A DNA stretch of 64,000 nt from a virus. Its lineage: Duplodnaviria; Caudoviricetes. Every line of letters begins with the position of its first letter. The stretch's first letter is position 1. This document shows, in pieces, positions 48,701 through 56,926 of the stretch. The DNA lies in IMG/VR virus record IMGVR_UViG_3300032288_002134, positions 872 through 64,871 of that record. One strand, written 5' to 3'. The notes beneath the pieces were generated by a model. That model was given only the letters and a program-made list of their open reading frames with translations. It was not told the origin of the DNA and did not search any database. Position numbers and translations under genes: made by a program.

Positions 48701-50125
48701 GCATTTAATACTGCTATAAATACAGGTAGATTTTTTGATTTATTACGGATACTAACAAATTCAGATGTAAAAGATTTTATTAACAATTCAGGATATTCAA
48801 TAGCAAATAGAGGTATAGAATCAAGTGTTCACCTTGAAAGTATAAATAAAAAATTAGATGAGGCTGCAAAGACAAAAGCTGAATATTTAGGTAATAAAAT
48901 ATTAGAATTGAATGAGATGTATATGAAACTTTTCTTGGCGAATCCTGATGCTTGGATAGCTAGAGCATCTTGGATGGCTTATTATGAAAAAGGGTTAAGA
49001 AAACAAGGTCTATACAAAACAACTGAAACAATAAAAACAGCTTCAGGAACTCGTGAGGTTACTAAAAAAGGAATTGATTATAGTAAGCATAAAATAAACA
49101 AAGAAGCTGCTGATTATGCTCAGATGATGATTGACAGACAGCAAAACATAACCGATACTAGATTGGCAGGTTCTATATATTCAGGTGAAAATGCCTTCCA
49201 AACTATGATGACAAAAATATTTTTGCCACTCGCCAGTTTTAGAATAAATCAACATTTGAGAATGTCTAATGACTTAGCAACTACATTTAGTAAAACTACA
49301 AGTTGGCAAGAAAAAAGAGAAGCATTAACATCTCTTTCAGGTGCAATAGTAGAAATGATTGTATTTAGAGCCATAGGAATAGGTGCTAGTTATTTATTTT
49401 TTGAATTAGCATCAATGATAAGAGGAGAAGAAGAAGATGAGGAGAAAAAGAAAAGAAAAGAAAAAATGGCTTCAAATACATTAAAAGGTATATTAACTGG
49501 AGCTGTAACAGATATATTATCTCCTATTCCTGTTACAGATTATCCGGTAAAGTATTCTGTTAATGCTGCAATGGATTTCACTCAGGATTTGATTGGAATG
49601 GGTGATGAAGATAAACTATCTTTATATGTTGAAAATATTCCTTCATTTTCAAGTGTATTAGGGACTGCCGGTATCTTTTTAGATAAAGTAGCAGATATAA
49701 AAGAAACAGCTCAAATGGCTGCTACAGGTAAGTTTGAACAAGATGTATTTGGTAAAAAAATTGAGAAAGAGATAAGCGAAAAGGACAGACAAATATTAGC
49801 ATGGTCTTTAATCCCATCAATACTCACAAATACTATATTACCTGGTGCGCCAGAGACAAATAATATTATGAGTAAAGTTAAAAAAGCTATTAAGAAAGAA
49901 GGTAAAACTGCCGATCAAAAAGAAAAATATGATGCATTTGGTGGGCATTCTTCTGAAAAAGAATTTAGAACGGAAAATCCTGAAAAGTACATGGAATCTT
50001 TGCAGCCAGGTGGTAGTTTATATGAATACAAAATGAGAGAAAATCAGAAAAAAATGGAAGAACTTCCAGAGAAATTACAAAAAAAGATGGAGGAGACTAT
50101 GAAAAAAGCAAATAAAATGCAGTAA
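39800..50125 (+). CDS. giant polyvalent virion protein (3441 aa) with zincin HExxH and possible ADP-ribosyltransferase-like segment
   Basis: TVGHEVFH...EEYLAE; VYRGT...SYHTTDRGYAAFY. Confidence 0.75.
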   Translation: MNEEAVKYAFDLFVKDGYGDNIDDFRNLMKSDPKAIDYVFNLFVKNGYGDNINDFKNLLGITQSQAITPKKKGESMVSDSEVSSSGLPSGEQPKLEEIPFSLDYQKQQQQVPFKPSTPVTQPEQKRDVSKLKEYDTTQQYDRYGVPVTQFPTAQREEYLAKPVQQIETKVKFEEKKEELEKQVPGFLKPSVETIDKNFLARTSLPIISDLNRQYKEAGFEFSGNPADKTYLIAKAPNGQTLNINLGYFNNAGYINDISDEAERLKVFIKENSPSIPTEKVNKLQKEYEEGKQEFLTQKQIDESNKSLSKDLEDYGKRNLSYTQSLDNLKKSIDEFNAIPESQRNTPEYINRRNEIQKQTDILISEENSLKQFEKDIEAKQSNLKKSLGEYTKYKENQGTFAGGIWNSISNTISSMVAGTVAAGSDIITGATPAEWLLGKEEYEKQFTQIAKEKYGIEGDKFDDIIRNDKLTEGRAALINSELKDRVKKERKYGKEGEEGVIKYLRGSVYDLLADKSTTEQWAELKNKSFIPQAILGVSGSLPNMLMPGGWIGRALGTFISTSDGVFKEMENSPNFQNISENEKWAVAAPLGMASATLEEIGLSSLLKGTNITKYITKMALDKAGANVTPNIFKGLVKKEVQDLISNGTLKVVNGFLAEAETGALQTIAEFSIKDIYNTVKDKKDENGNPVKMFDTPDTVTEWVTDVLYGGAVEGVGGLMISSGMAAASAFNNDNFVNMDSDTFKAFVNSSNDLNVEKAFISDLKNKIASGDMTMAEGKDLLNKYRQAKGLLNSLPSELDEKDKRVALDLLSKRKKLEDKIQGKDTALAKPIQNRIDQINEQLNQITENAIQKQTAGEVPVQPEAGVGEEVVQGKPETGLEVTSEQVVTEEKPKEEVVTPEGVVEKKDIQVYRGTSTGNKSDKDGVSYHTTDRGYAAFYETGKEKPDNKALEELEALTPPNKPNKVELSTEEEVDAYVDQWISDYEDAKRFKPETKIPSREEAISEMKQSGYPIFLTQEEVDNENKKQEKKYNSDLEKYNQKKLELEDKAKNYLSPKKISGNFFNLGIDFSKMNPQQIFEKLKSLGISSVFKGGNFLDNYHSDLTEYARKNNIDFYDGITGGVQGSMNTAPQEIIEVSKLEQAPAEVKTPEQEADLLEELLTGKKKEPAMTPQVETMTPGEKVMTPEAKAEEEMIVQPEFTEQDQARKRELEDALKKADKRKKNVMVGEVSMPKAEVKAELDALRQKEQAVVEAEVQSIEKMLSAPEQKDKGKIRQAVTNAVKAIAKILPNTKIVLHETSQDYVNATGDTDNASGLYVPSADGGTIHINLSNANTRTVGHEVFHATLLRGIKTDAEAQRLAKAMIGAVAKSLKQSGANQELLNELENFLSNYDENIQNEEYLAEVFGYLADGYPQLTAPEKSIINRFIERIMKLFGLKPMTDKEVIDFMNTLSRKVATGEEITEKEAGITKRTKGISNITKRFQANFIDPISRLSFVYDKNSEKFENLKKQGFITTDKSLSDFNGKFIFLHQPDAAFSGMIYKNNELLVEGKGGVFYPIKFHEDGYFWASTSKTAKKMADDLNKVLKQNNGIIYMALTSAPYDKLMSSTTMSNAILDFFSSKAFDKNFNITQKQLKNALILAANNVKEKQKKDKKTGEITTKTIGLNLNIKQNISLENIQTLIKEKLNPDNSSFADRKNFAEELIRIMAENIKEDSKAIEQFGKLFSEGIQNKYFKGITKTGKLSISAANMTQALSEMFTEPILKEGIDREKGGQVYAILELNGKVKPVESNKHESYPMAIQSEGSEKVKVHVLNDRQNWYDVFEDFETNDIVTEDRKNKIYPTSGVSTRGLKLNTSKVDGISPRQQKSTEITTDKDAKPGFEKALNSLNETEQQREEWRKTHKVNQKQKRNPIVEQAVKDYYNEKITQEEYLDIVSKNQPIKSFKNVPKLPTLREITNSLDSSKVATGIIGLTKNLEDGEKVACRLDIPAYEDFDTWVVSIHDGNKEGKSIAYGQTAVLKNVDFKTFPGPAMKIAMGTQSKSTIARMFGNWVNEDPESVHARAKELMNDPAWTQVGMNPFRYSWFYDKADGTPISTADEVIQVGALVLAKNAKKVSTKDIMFETKSSTGLSIRFQKNNSQEIVKQARANGISDAGIRAYFKKNGLSDIEIDELLEGEKGAGKKIELSEETLPGYTKLMNRINGLISRGRKSGKSDDVIMQGVIANVEANSPEYANATDQQREQIIRDIRKMFGKKEKAAPSAEKITGKPKSKKVTVNEMAALKDQIRLEARAAREAKGDLNAKRKMLAEAINKLVAKGTITLRQANAIIKRVNLVNLDNPIMVERLLNYAEKVFKDAEYADKLSEANKLFSSIKQSSKSKEKNADLVTLAKEFLGIDPSMVENIDEYIQKASELDSSLKGSKATAKGMSASEMINIQEATEYISETIKAQEQKIKEQTAAEIESTMGVDASDLTYEQMLELLEDESKPINKDKEKVIRSLVNKMFDTYSSIIEYMFKTGKNPFVVYDENLKYEPVTFKESDKQIVREFMKMDLGKLSVREALKAMDALNNFIVNRSVANMGSVVAQYKAKQNAEIVDKKNIRSKPVKYLWSNTLGKMLFDNFASFPLLIERFFKSKDIGLYVSRMMGLNDLFNGASSAKTITGVVVKNYLDLFSKTKPNGKVFNDAFNLVERGMVAFMSRHKIGTDAQIKEEFNDRKNEIEESIKALSTGTKREQEKAKVYKEVYDKLFKDAKNADDIRNNADNKNIEAVDWWVNEWKNHYDELADVSLKIYNTKLDKDSYYTTDRYSKLEGVEKEIDLEDNVSAFSFNNGNISEKKAGSLMETRDKKSGLPKNKDGEVTRFVDLSFDAVNANSLYDALTDIKTAYAIKQVKAFMKTDAFKRIVPDKEERDILGNRINLAVRNLRNQKLFDSSTMSKAVKGLNKFSSIGSTMALAGIVQPFKQTIPIAFNTAINTGRFFDLLRILTNSDVKDFINNSGYSIANRGIESSVHLESINKKLDEAAKTKAEYLGNKILELNEMYMKLFLANPDAWIARASWMAYYEKGLRKQGLYKTTETIKTASGTREVTKKGIDYSKHKINKEAADYAQMMIDRQQNITDTRLAGSIYSGENAFQTMMTKIFLPLASFRINQHLRMSNDLATTFSKTTSWQEKREALTSLSGAIVEMIVFRAIGIGASYLFFELASMIRGEEEDEEKKKRKEKMASNTLKGILTGAVTDILSPIPVTDYPVKYSVNAAMDFTQDLIGMGDEDKLSLYVENIPSFSSVLGTAGIFLDKVADIKETAQMAATGKFEQDVFGKKIEKEISEKDRQILAWSLIPSILTNTILPGAPETNNIMSKVKKAIKKEGKTADQKEKYDAFGGHSSEKEFRTENPEKYMESLQPGGSLYEYKMRENQKKMEELPEKLQKKMEETMKKANKMQ
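42342..42488 (+). CDS. overprinted 48-aa basic protein (MPFKSKQQVKYLYSQKPELAKKW...) in the +1 frame of the giant gene
   Basis: ATG after AACTAAATCAAATAACAGAGA leader; TAG at 42486-42488. Confidence 0.6.
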   Translation: MPFKSKQQVKYLYSQKPELAKKWSKENPKQDLKSLPNKLSPKKSQKKR

Positions 50126-50130
50126 AAGTG

Positions 50131-50511
50131 CTAATACCTCACATACTTTGTTCCTTTCTGCTTATCGAAATACATCATTAGTTCGTCAATACATTCAGTA
50201 AGTGGGGCATCACAGCCCCACATTACTGTACCTGTAATATCATTCGCCTTAGCATAGATAATGCCATCCTCACAAGCCCATATCACTATAGGATTGAGTC
50301 TCTTGTCGCACAGCTTAACCATTCTTTTTGCCGGTATAGGCAGAGGGTAGGCATTGTAGATAGTCCTTACTCTCTCCCTTACCTCGGCATAGGCTATGAG
50401 TTTCTTGTCAACATTGAATACTTTATAGTCAATGTCGTTATCATCAAGCTTTTGATACGATCCGTTGAATACGGATACAAAGCAATCAATGGCTTTTTTC
50501 TTTTTGCTCAT
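50131..50511 (-). CDS. PD-(D/E)xK-like nuclease
   Basis: IDY...YAEVR motif. Confidence 0.5.
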   Translation of the reverse strand: MSKKKKAIDCFVSVFNGSYQKLDDNDIDYKVFNVDKKLIAYAEVRERVRTIYNAYPLPIPAKRMVKLCDKRLNPIVIWACEDGIIYAKANDITGTVMWGCDAPLTECIDELMMYFDKQKGTKYVRY

Positions 50512-50848
50512 TTGATTTTACTCTTTCTATTGATTCAAGTGCTAGCTTATTTACTTCCTCTATAAACCAATCTACCTCCATAGGTGGTATAAGAGCCATT
50601 ACTGACATTATTACTGTCATGGCTTCTACGTTATTGAAATTATAAGCGTGTAGTTCAGCTAACTGTTCTTTTGTGACCTTACGTTCAAGACCTACTAAGA
50701 AGTTTTTCATAAATTGTCTTAGGTTCTTATACTTGTACTTGTCCTCTCTACCCATTCTGTCGGGTTCAAGTTCTGTGATGGCATAACAACCTGCATTGAG
50801 GCAGCTTATAAGTAGATATAAGTCTGCTGCTTTTTTACTTTTACTCAT
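50486..50848 (-). CDS. hypothetical protein
   Basis: 120-aa ORF. Confidence 0.7.
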   Translation of the reverse strand: MSKSKKAADLYLLISCLNAGCYAITELEPDRMGREDKYKYKNLRQFMKNFLVGLERKVTKEQLAELHAYNFNNVEAMTVIMSVMALIPPMEVDWFIEEVNKLALESIERVKSNEQKEKSH

Positions 50849-50908
50849 TTGAATTTGATTTTATTTAATTAAAAAATATATGCGCCACGTTATGAGGCTT
50901 AGCGATTA

Positions 50909-51661
50909 GTTAGCACCAATACTACCATCCTGCACATTTGAGAATATGTAGTCCTAATTTTGGCTCAACACAATTATTTAATAAGGTTCTTTTATCCCCT
51001 TTGTAATTGTGCCAATCTTTTATTTCATACCCTTTTGCATCCATTTTTATTTTTAGCGTTATACCTTTATTGTTGCCAGTATCATTAGTTTTTATTTCTA
51101 TTTTAGGTATTTCAAAGTTTGTCCAAAATGAATGTCTGCCAATATATTGCGGAGTTATAAGTGGTTCGTACCAACTTTTTACATTTTCTACTACAAATTT
51201 TATTTCTTTTCCTTTTGTATATTGTTGCAAAAACAATATTTCTTCATACAATTTCATATCAGGAAATAATGCTTTACCCTTACCATTGCAATATGCTTTA
51301 AATCTCATTCTGCTATGTGTTGGACAAGGCGGTGAACACCATATAAAATCATAATTCATAAAATTATCTTGTAAATATTGATGAGCATCGGCAACAATCA
51401 CCTTATCGTTTGGATAAAAGTCTTGATATATTTTAGCAATACTCTCATTATATTCAACTGCGGTTACTTCTACATTTTCCCAAAGTTTGCGATTACCTCC
51501 TATGCCACAATACAGATTAAGAACCCGTACTGGTGCTAACAGCACATTGCCAAAAGTGGGGGTTTCCGTTTTCAAATCAAGTTTATCTTTCATATTAAAT
51601 TTAGTTTTTCAATTAAAGTTTAGTGGTACAATGCCCCACCTTCGGCAATCTGCAAAACGTT
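50909..51661 (+). mobile_element. integron-like gene cassette 1 (attC-like site 51527-51661) carrying a reversed methyltransferase gene
   Basis: GTTAGCACCAATAC start complements GTACTGGTGCTAAC; inner arms TTGCCAAAAGTGGGG/CCCCACCTTCGGCAA; ends at GTT. Confidence 0.65.
50922..51593 (-). CDS. C5 cytosine DNA methyltransferase
   Basis: LYCGIGG (motif I), SPPC (IV), ENV (VI). Confidence 0.85.
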   Translation of the reverse strand: MKDKLDLKTETPTFGNVLLAPVRVLNLYCGIGGNRKLWENVEVTAVEYNESIAKIYQDFYPNDKVIVADAHQYLQDNFMNYDFIWCSPPCPTHSRMRFKAYCNGKGKALFPDMKLYEEILFLQQYTKGKEIKFVVENVKSWYEPLITPQYIGRHSFWTNFEIPKIEIKTNDTGNNKGITLKIKMDAKGYEIKDWHNYKGDKRTLLNNCVEPKLGLHILKCAGW

Positions 51662-51899
51662 ATCCTTTAAATATTTCTACTTTTATTCCTTTGTCTGTCA
51701 GCTCTTTATGTCTGTACTCTTGTAGTTTTGTCGCTTTACCTCCAGGTGTCTTCACCTCTATGAATAGAACATCAGAGTTCGGTGGTATGGCGATAAGATC
51801 TGGTATGCCATTCTTGTTTGTCTTAGTCAGCTTGATGACGTAGTATCCTTGAGCCTCCAATTCTTTAATCTTCTTGGTCTGTATCTGTTGCTCCGTCAT
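51660..51899 (-). CDS. VRR-NUC nuclease
   Basis: EQQIQ...GIPDL...FIEVK...LQ. Confidence 0.85.
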   Translation of the reverse strand: MTEQQIQTKKIKELEAQGYYVIKLTKTNKNGIPDLIAIPPNSDVLFIEVKTPGGKATKLQEYRHKELTDKGIKVEIFKG

Positions 51900-51947
51900 A
51901 TACCATTGTTATTATTGAGAAGATTAAAAATATAAGTATAGCCATTG

Positions 51948-52238
51948 TCACGACATTATAACCTGTTTGTAGAATTCATTCGCCTCAGCAGAGTCCATGA
52001 CTAATTTCTCAAGTTTCTCTCTGTCTTCAAAGTCTATGGCGAACCTGTAAGCGGAGAAGAATTGGTATGGGTAGCAGGTATTGTCAAGGTCTATCTCATG
52101 CAGTTGAAATGCCAGTAGCCCTTGAGGTAGCACAACGGTGGCAAAGATAATATGGTATTCTTCACCTTCCTTTACCCATTTGCTCAAAGGTATGTCATTG
52201 GGTCTTGCAATGTCATCAATACATATACATCTTATCAT
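51948..52238 (-). CDS. hypothetical protein
   Basis: 96-aa ORF, CICIDD start. Confidence 0.7.
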   Translation of the reverse strand: MIRCICIDDIARPNDIPLSKWVKEGEEYHIIFATVVLPQGLLAFQLHEIDLDNTCYPYQFFSAYRFAIDFEDREKLEKLVMDSAEANEFYKQVIMS

Positions 52239-52522
52239 TTTTTTGTTGATTTTTTATTGTGACCATTTCTTGCTCTGTTGGTGCTTTTGGACTCAGAGAC
52301 AAGCTTTCCTGATTTGGTATGGCTCATGTCTTTGCCATCACCGTTGCCGTATGTACCGGCATCTCTGTTTTTACGATTGAGTTCTACCCTGTAGTTCTTA
52401 CGCTCCTCTGTCTCGTGGTATGCCTTGTCGTAGGCAAGCTTCTTCTTCCTGCGTTCTTCTGACATACCAAGTTTGTCATAAGATGGGTGCTTACCGGCTA
52501 ATGAGTTCTTTTTACTTTTCAT
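52235..52522 (-). CDS. HNH-like basic protein
   Basis: GDGKDMSH...STNRARN. Confidence 0.55.
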   Translation of the reverse strand: MKSKKNSLAGKHPSYDKLGMSEERRKKKLAYDKAYHETEERKNYRVELNRKNRDAGTYGNGDGKDMSHTKSGKLVSESKSTNRARNGHNKKSTKK

Positions 52523-53739
52523 AGTGTTCTTCTAAAATGGTTAACGGTATAATCTTTTTTCTTTGTCACTGCTCTATATACATCGTATTCGATGCCTCCC
52601 TTTGCGAATATCCAATAGACGTTGTTCTCAAGCCTCTCCTTGGTGGTCATACGGTCTTTAGACTGCCAATAACTCGTTGCGCTGAAGTCTATGTTGTAGT
52701 AGACCAAGAACTCTGCGTTACGCAGGGAAATCCCCTCACGCCCAGAAACAATCTGCAATGCGATCGACTTGTCGGTGTTGTTGAACTCGTCAAGCTCTGT
52801 AGTCAAACTATCATCAAAAACATCTTTTAACGCAGTTAGTTCCGCTTTGAATTTATAGAAGATACCAATCTTCTTACCGGCAAAATGCTCCTTTATAAAA
52901 TCAGCCTTTGACGTGTCTATTATCATGGAATTTCCACTCTCAAATTTTATCGTGCCGGAGTATAATTGGTGTAATTTCATCATCAACTTAACTGGAGTAT
53001 CTGCCAGGATAACTTCCTCTCTACCTTCTACTACTAAACTTTTCTTGAGCTTATTTATCAGGAAGTAGGTCGAATCTTTTAGCTCCACCTCTAATACCTC
53101 CTCTGTCACGTTTGAGGCGAACCCTGCCTCCTTTTGAGTATAGGAGATGGTGTATAGCTTCATCATTTTTAAGATGGTCTCCTTGCCATTGGAATAGTCT
53201 CTGATGAACAGGCTGTTTATCTTCTTCTCCTTCACGTCAACGTAGTCGTTGGCAAACCTGTAGAAGTTAGCGTATTGTTCAAACGGATTACCTTTGATGC
53301 CATATACCTGATGGTACATCTGAGAGTAAGACTCCGGTGTAGGTGTTCCGGACAATAGTATTACTTTCATTCTGTTCTTGCTCAGGATAGCTTTGATGTC
53401 TTTGGCTCTCTTGTTTGGTTTAGGGAATGCTCCCATGCCATGTGCTTCGTCAAGGATTAGCATATCCCATTTTTGATTGTCTATGGTATGAAGGCTCTCG
53501 TAGTTTATGACTGTTATGTTGTATGCAGGAGATAGCATTTCGTAGTCTGCTGTGATTGTGCTTATTGCTTTTTTCTTTGTGATGAACAGTACGTTTTTTT
53601 CGTTCATTTGCTGTGCTATGCCAAGGCTTGTGAGTGTCTTACCGGTTCGTACCTCCATTGCAAGGTATAAGAAATTATACTTCCTTAGTATTTCACAGCC
53701 TTCAGATATGATGTTCTTTTGATAGTCTCTAAATTCCAT
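52519..53739 (-). CDS. SF2 (SNF2-like) helicase
   Basis: FRDYQ, RTGKT, LDEAH, LSGTP, REGISL, QSKDR; start trimmed to MEFRDYQ. Confidence 0.88.
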   Translation of the reverse strand: MEFRDYQKNIISEGCEILRKYNFLYLAMEVRTGKTLTSLGIAQQMNEKNVLFITKKKAISTITADYEMLSPAYNITVINYESLHTIDNQKWDMLILDEAHGMGAFPKPNKRAKDIKAILSKNRMKVILLSGTPTPESYSQMYHQVYGIKGNPFEQYANFYRFANDYVDVKEKKINSLFIRDYSNGKETILKMMKLYTISYTQKEAGFASNVTEEVLEVELKDSTYFLINKLKKSLVVEGREEVILADTPVKLMMKLHQLYSGTIKFESGNSMIIDTSKADFIKEHFAGKKIGIFYKFKAELTALKDVFDDSLTTELDEFNNTDKSIALQIVSGREGISLRNAEFLVYYNIDFSATSYWQSKDRMTTKERLENNVYWIFAKGGIEYDVYRAVTKKKDYTVNHFRRTL

Positions 53740-53956
53740 TTTCTTGTTCGTATAGTTTTTTGTAATAGGCAAGGCTGTTCACTGCTCTGTCGTACACTTC
53801 TTTATGTGTCTTATATTTTTTTACCAATACAGTAGTTACAGCCTTACCTCTTCCGGTAGTTTTTTCGATCTTGGTATCCAAGATACTCAATATCATGGCA
53901 CACTTTTCTACCATCTCCTTGTTTGAATACCCTGGTATCCTTTCAAATATATCCAT
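53729..53956 (-). CDS. hypothetical protein
   Basis: ORF in operon. Confidence 0.65.
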   Translation of the reverse strand: MDIFERIPGYSNKEMVEKCAMILSILDTKIEKTTGRGKAVTTVLVKKYKTHKEVYDRAVNSLAYYKKLYEQENGI

Positions 53957-53972
53957 CAGAAATCTATGTGTG

Positions 53973-56348
53973 TTATTCTTTAAAGATTATCCATCTACCC
54001 ATTTGATCTCTACCTTCTTCCGGAATTAAATCTTTAAATGTAGCATAGGAGATAAGCCATTTATAAAATTTTGTTCTACTTATTGTCATCTTTGCTTTTG
54101 GTCCATAGTCCGGATGTTCCTCCACAAAGTTATAATATAAATCATTTTTATACAGCCTTTCATCTGTTTTCAATAAATAATTTTTCTCAGTCTTATCCAC
54201 AAGACCACACCACTCTATGAACTCATGGCAGGTCTCTGCTGATAACTTACGGACATTCAGGTTGATTAGCTTGGCTTTTACTAAGCCGGTGTCAAGATAG
54301 TTCCTAAGACAGTTTATCATGTAGTTGTCAAACTCACACCAGTCTATGTCATCCCAATCCCCGAACATAAGCTTGCCGAACTCATCCAATGGAGTGAAAC
54401 TCTTGGAGTAGTATTGGTGTAACTCAAGCTCCCACTTACGTCTCTCAAAGGAATTGCCTGCTCCTTTTATGGCATAGTTGGTAGTGATGGCTATCTTAGG
54501 TGACTTACTCAATGGTATCTTTATGGCATCCTTGTTCTTCTTCTCAAGGGTCAGACCCTCAGTGATGAGAGAGAATAGTCGCTCAAACTCAAAGTGCTTC
54601 TTCACGTCATCGAATACCAATATCTGAGTGTCTGCCGATACAAGCTGATAGGCAAATGATTTCTCAAAGTTGAACAGCTTACCATCTATGGTTACTACCT
54701 TTTTCATTTTACCTAAAGCATTGATGATGAGACCTTTGCCAGTGCCACCTTCAGGATTATCGGAGATGACCTCATCGTTAAGTATGACTGCCGGACAGAA
54801 CGAAAGGTTCTTGAAGCCATGCATCAGGAATCCTATTGTGCTTTCCATTGATGCAATCCTGTTGGAGTCATTCCGGTTAATGTTGTAGATAAACTTTTTA
54901 AAGTCGCATTGATCGGAGATGTTACATAGGGAGAAGTTACGGTCAATGACATGGTCTTTCCATACATAGCCACCAAGGTCAAGGTAATCTATTGGTCTTA
55001 TCTCCTCCTTTGTAATCTTGACAGCGCAGTTCTTGTAGTACAAGTATGAACTTGTCTTGGTATCTTCAATGAAGTATATTTCTATTGTGGCGAGCAGAGA
55101 TAAGAACTCCTCCTTGAAGAATCTGGTGTTGTCGGCAAAGTAATTATAGACACTGACATCGTCAATCTCAAGTAGGTAGTTTAGGACAAAGTCTTTTATC
55201 TCCTTCTCAGAGGTGTGGTCTATCAGGTTATTTGTTACCTTTATGAAGATATGGTTCTTGCTACCTTCCGGAAAGTATTTGTAGAAGCCTGAGTCCTCCA
55301 AGAAGTTCTTGAAGAGGATATGTTCTATCCTTGTTGAGCCTTTGTCGTTCTTAGACCAAAAGGTAAAGATAGAGTTCTCTTGTTCTACTTTGTTAAGCAC
55401 TGCATCTATGACATCAACTTCAAGGCTTGACTCTTGTAGCTGATATCTAAGTTCGTTTTTTGTTGCTCCCCTCCGAAGTTTTGCTCTTATGTTATTTATC
55501 TTCTCTTCGTCTTCGTAGTACTTTGTTCCAAAGTTAGCTACGTTCTTATAGGCAGAGTCTACCAATTGTGCTATCTCTCTATGGTCAAAGCCATCGGTAG
55601 CATATTGGTTTAGTACATACAAGGCAAGGCTTTTGTTTATACCAAAGTCATTCATAGCCATCGCCAGTACATATCCATTGTGGTTTCGCTGACCTTCAAT
55701 CATAGGGTACTTCTTATACCACCACTTGACAAGGATGTCCACTATCTTGTTCTCATCTGTTATCGGGATGGTTGGCTTGTCTCTGTACTTGTTCACCTCT
55801 GTGTATTCAATCTCTTCTATGATATCCCATACGGAGGACTTGTCATTCACATGAATCAATGGGTCGTATGACTCGTAGCATACACGAGACACGTTCTTGG
55901 ATGTCTTGTCAAAGTATTCTGAGTTGAAATACTTCTCTAATGAGTTGAAGTAGTTGACGTGGTTGTCCGGATCTGCCGGTATCTTTACCAATACCTTCAG
56001 CCCATTGCCGGAAGGCGATATGAATACCGAAAAGACATACTTGTTTTTGGATAGTATCTCCTTGTCGTTTAGTAAGTCCTTCTGTTTATTGTACCCATCG
56101 AAGTCAAGACAGATAAGACCAGAATGCTCAAGAAGGGAATTGTCTAATCTCTTTTTAAATGTTCCGGAGAAGCATATCGCAGGTAGCAATTTTTTTATCT
56201 CATTGCGCTCATTTTTATTCTTCTCACTGCGTATTCTTTTGACGATTTCTTTAGATGCCCCATCTCGGATTCGCACTAATATCGCATTTACGTCTCTGTA
56301 GAAAGGAGTATCAGTGTCCTTAATATTTTTAAATATAGTTACATTCAT
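53973..56348 (-). CDS. primase-helicase (BT4734/VirE-N primase domain, PriCT, SF3-type helicase)
   Basis: SGLICLDFD, FISPSGNGLK, EGQRN, GGTGKG, FDD, ITTN. Confidence 0.85.
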   Translation of the reverse strand: MNVTIFKNIKDTDTPFYRDVNAILVRIRDGASKEIVKRIRSEKNKNERNEIKKLLPAICFSGTFKKRLDNSLLEHSGLICLDFDGYNKQKDLLNDKEILSKNKYVFSVFISPSGNGLKVLVKIPADPDNHVNYFNSLEKYFNSEYFDKTSKNVSRVCYESYDPLIHVNDKSSVWDIIEEIEYTEVNKYRDKPTIPITDENKIVDILVKWWYKKYPMIEGQRNHNGYVLAMAMNDFGINKSLALYVLNQYATDGFDHREIAQLVDSAYKNVANFGTKYYEDEEKINNIRAKLRRGATKNELRYQLQESSLEVDVIDAVLNKVEQENSIFTFWSKNDKGSTRIEHILFKNFLEDSGFYKYFPEGSKNHIFIKVTNNLIDHTSEKEIKDFVLNYLLEIDDVSVYNYFADNTRFFKEEFLSLLATIEIYFIEDTKTSSYLYYKNCAVKITKEEIRPIDYLDLGGYVWKDHVIDRNFSLCNISDQCDFKKFIYNINRNDSNRIASMESTIGFLMHGFKNLSFCPAVILNDEVISDNPEGGTGKGLIINALGKMKKVVTIDGKLFNFEKSFAYQLVSADTQILVFDDVKKHFEFERLFSLITEGLTLEKKNKDAIKIPLSKSPKIAITTNYAIKGAGNSFERRKWELELHQYYSKSFTPLDEFGKLMFGDWDDIDWCEFDNYMINCLRNYLDTGLVKAKLINLNVRKLSAETCHEFIEWCGLVDKTEKNYLLKTDERLYKNDLYYNFVEEHPDYGPKAKMTISRTKFYKWLISYATFKDLIPEEGRDQMGRWIIFKE

Positions 56349-56531
56349 GTCGTTTTATTATTTTTTATGTCGAAAAAATGTCAGTTTAATGTCAATATAT
56401 TTATTATAACTTATTGATTTTCTTTTCTTATGTCGAAAATGTCGAAAATAGAAATGAAATGAAATTCATAGAATTTTATAAATAGTAAAAAATATATAGA
56501 GAGTATATAGGAAAAAAATTCGGTTTTTCGG
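56347..56531. repeat. iteron-like element, copy 2 (putative origin), directly upstream of the primase-helicase
   Basis: ATGTC at 56347, 56367, 56378, 56389, 56430, 56439; shared 19-mer and 26-mer. Confidence 0.65.
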
Positions 56532-56537
56532 TTGGGT

Positions 56538-56565
56538 AAAAAAGGGGAAGCCTAAACTTCCCCCT
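56538..56565 (-). terminator. intrinsic terminator after SSB
   Basis: AGGGGAAG-TTTAGG-CTTCCCCT followed by a T-run. Confidence 0.75.
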
Positions 56566-56595
56566 AACACACATGAGACACACACACAATAATTT

Positions 56596-56898
56596 TTAAA
56601 ATGGCAAATCTTCATCAGGTTCTTCTGACTTTGTCTTTTTGGAAGACTGTGCCTTATTTGTTATTTGTTTGGCTTCTGTGACACTTTCACCACCTTTCGG
56701 GGTGTATGTATCCAACTCTAAATAAAAGTTGCCTGTACGGGCTTTTTTTACGTTCAAGTTTATCCAGCCATTTTTTTCATGTTGTTTCATAAACCTGATG
56801 GCATCATCAAGTTTGACTGAGAGTCTTCCGACTACGAACTCTGGAGCATTTTCGTTTCTCTTAAATGAGAATCCATCGGCAAATAATTTTTCTTCCAT
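56596..56898 (-). CDS. single-stranded DNA-binding protein (putative)
   Basis: Beta-rich; acidic C-terminus EPDEDLPF. Confidence 0.65.
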   Translation of the reverse strand: MEEKLFADGFSFKRNENAPEFVVGRLSVKLDDAIRFMKQHEKNGWINLNVKKARTGNFYLELDTYTPKGGESVTEAKQITNKAQSSKKTKSEEPDEDLPF

Positions 56899-56926
56899 TT
56901 GATTAAATTTTAGAATGTGAAAATAA

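Noticed and set aside
39800-50125. crAss-type virion RNA polymerase
   Set aside because: No DxDxD catalytic motif recognised by eye; an HMM search would be needed to exclude it fully
6105-50125. Stop-codon reassignment as in some crAss-like phages
   Set aside because: Long genes are intact in the standard code and TAG, TGA and TAA all end genes
56611-56620. Other CTGATGA hammerhead cores (also near 62419)
   Set aside because: Inside coding sequence, without flanking stems or a matching GAAA
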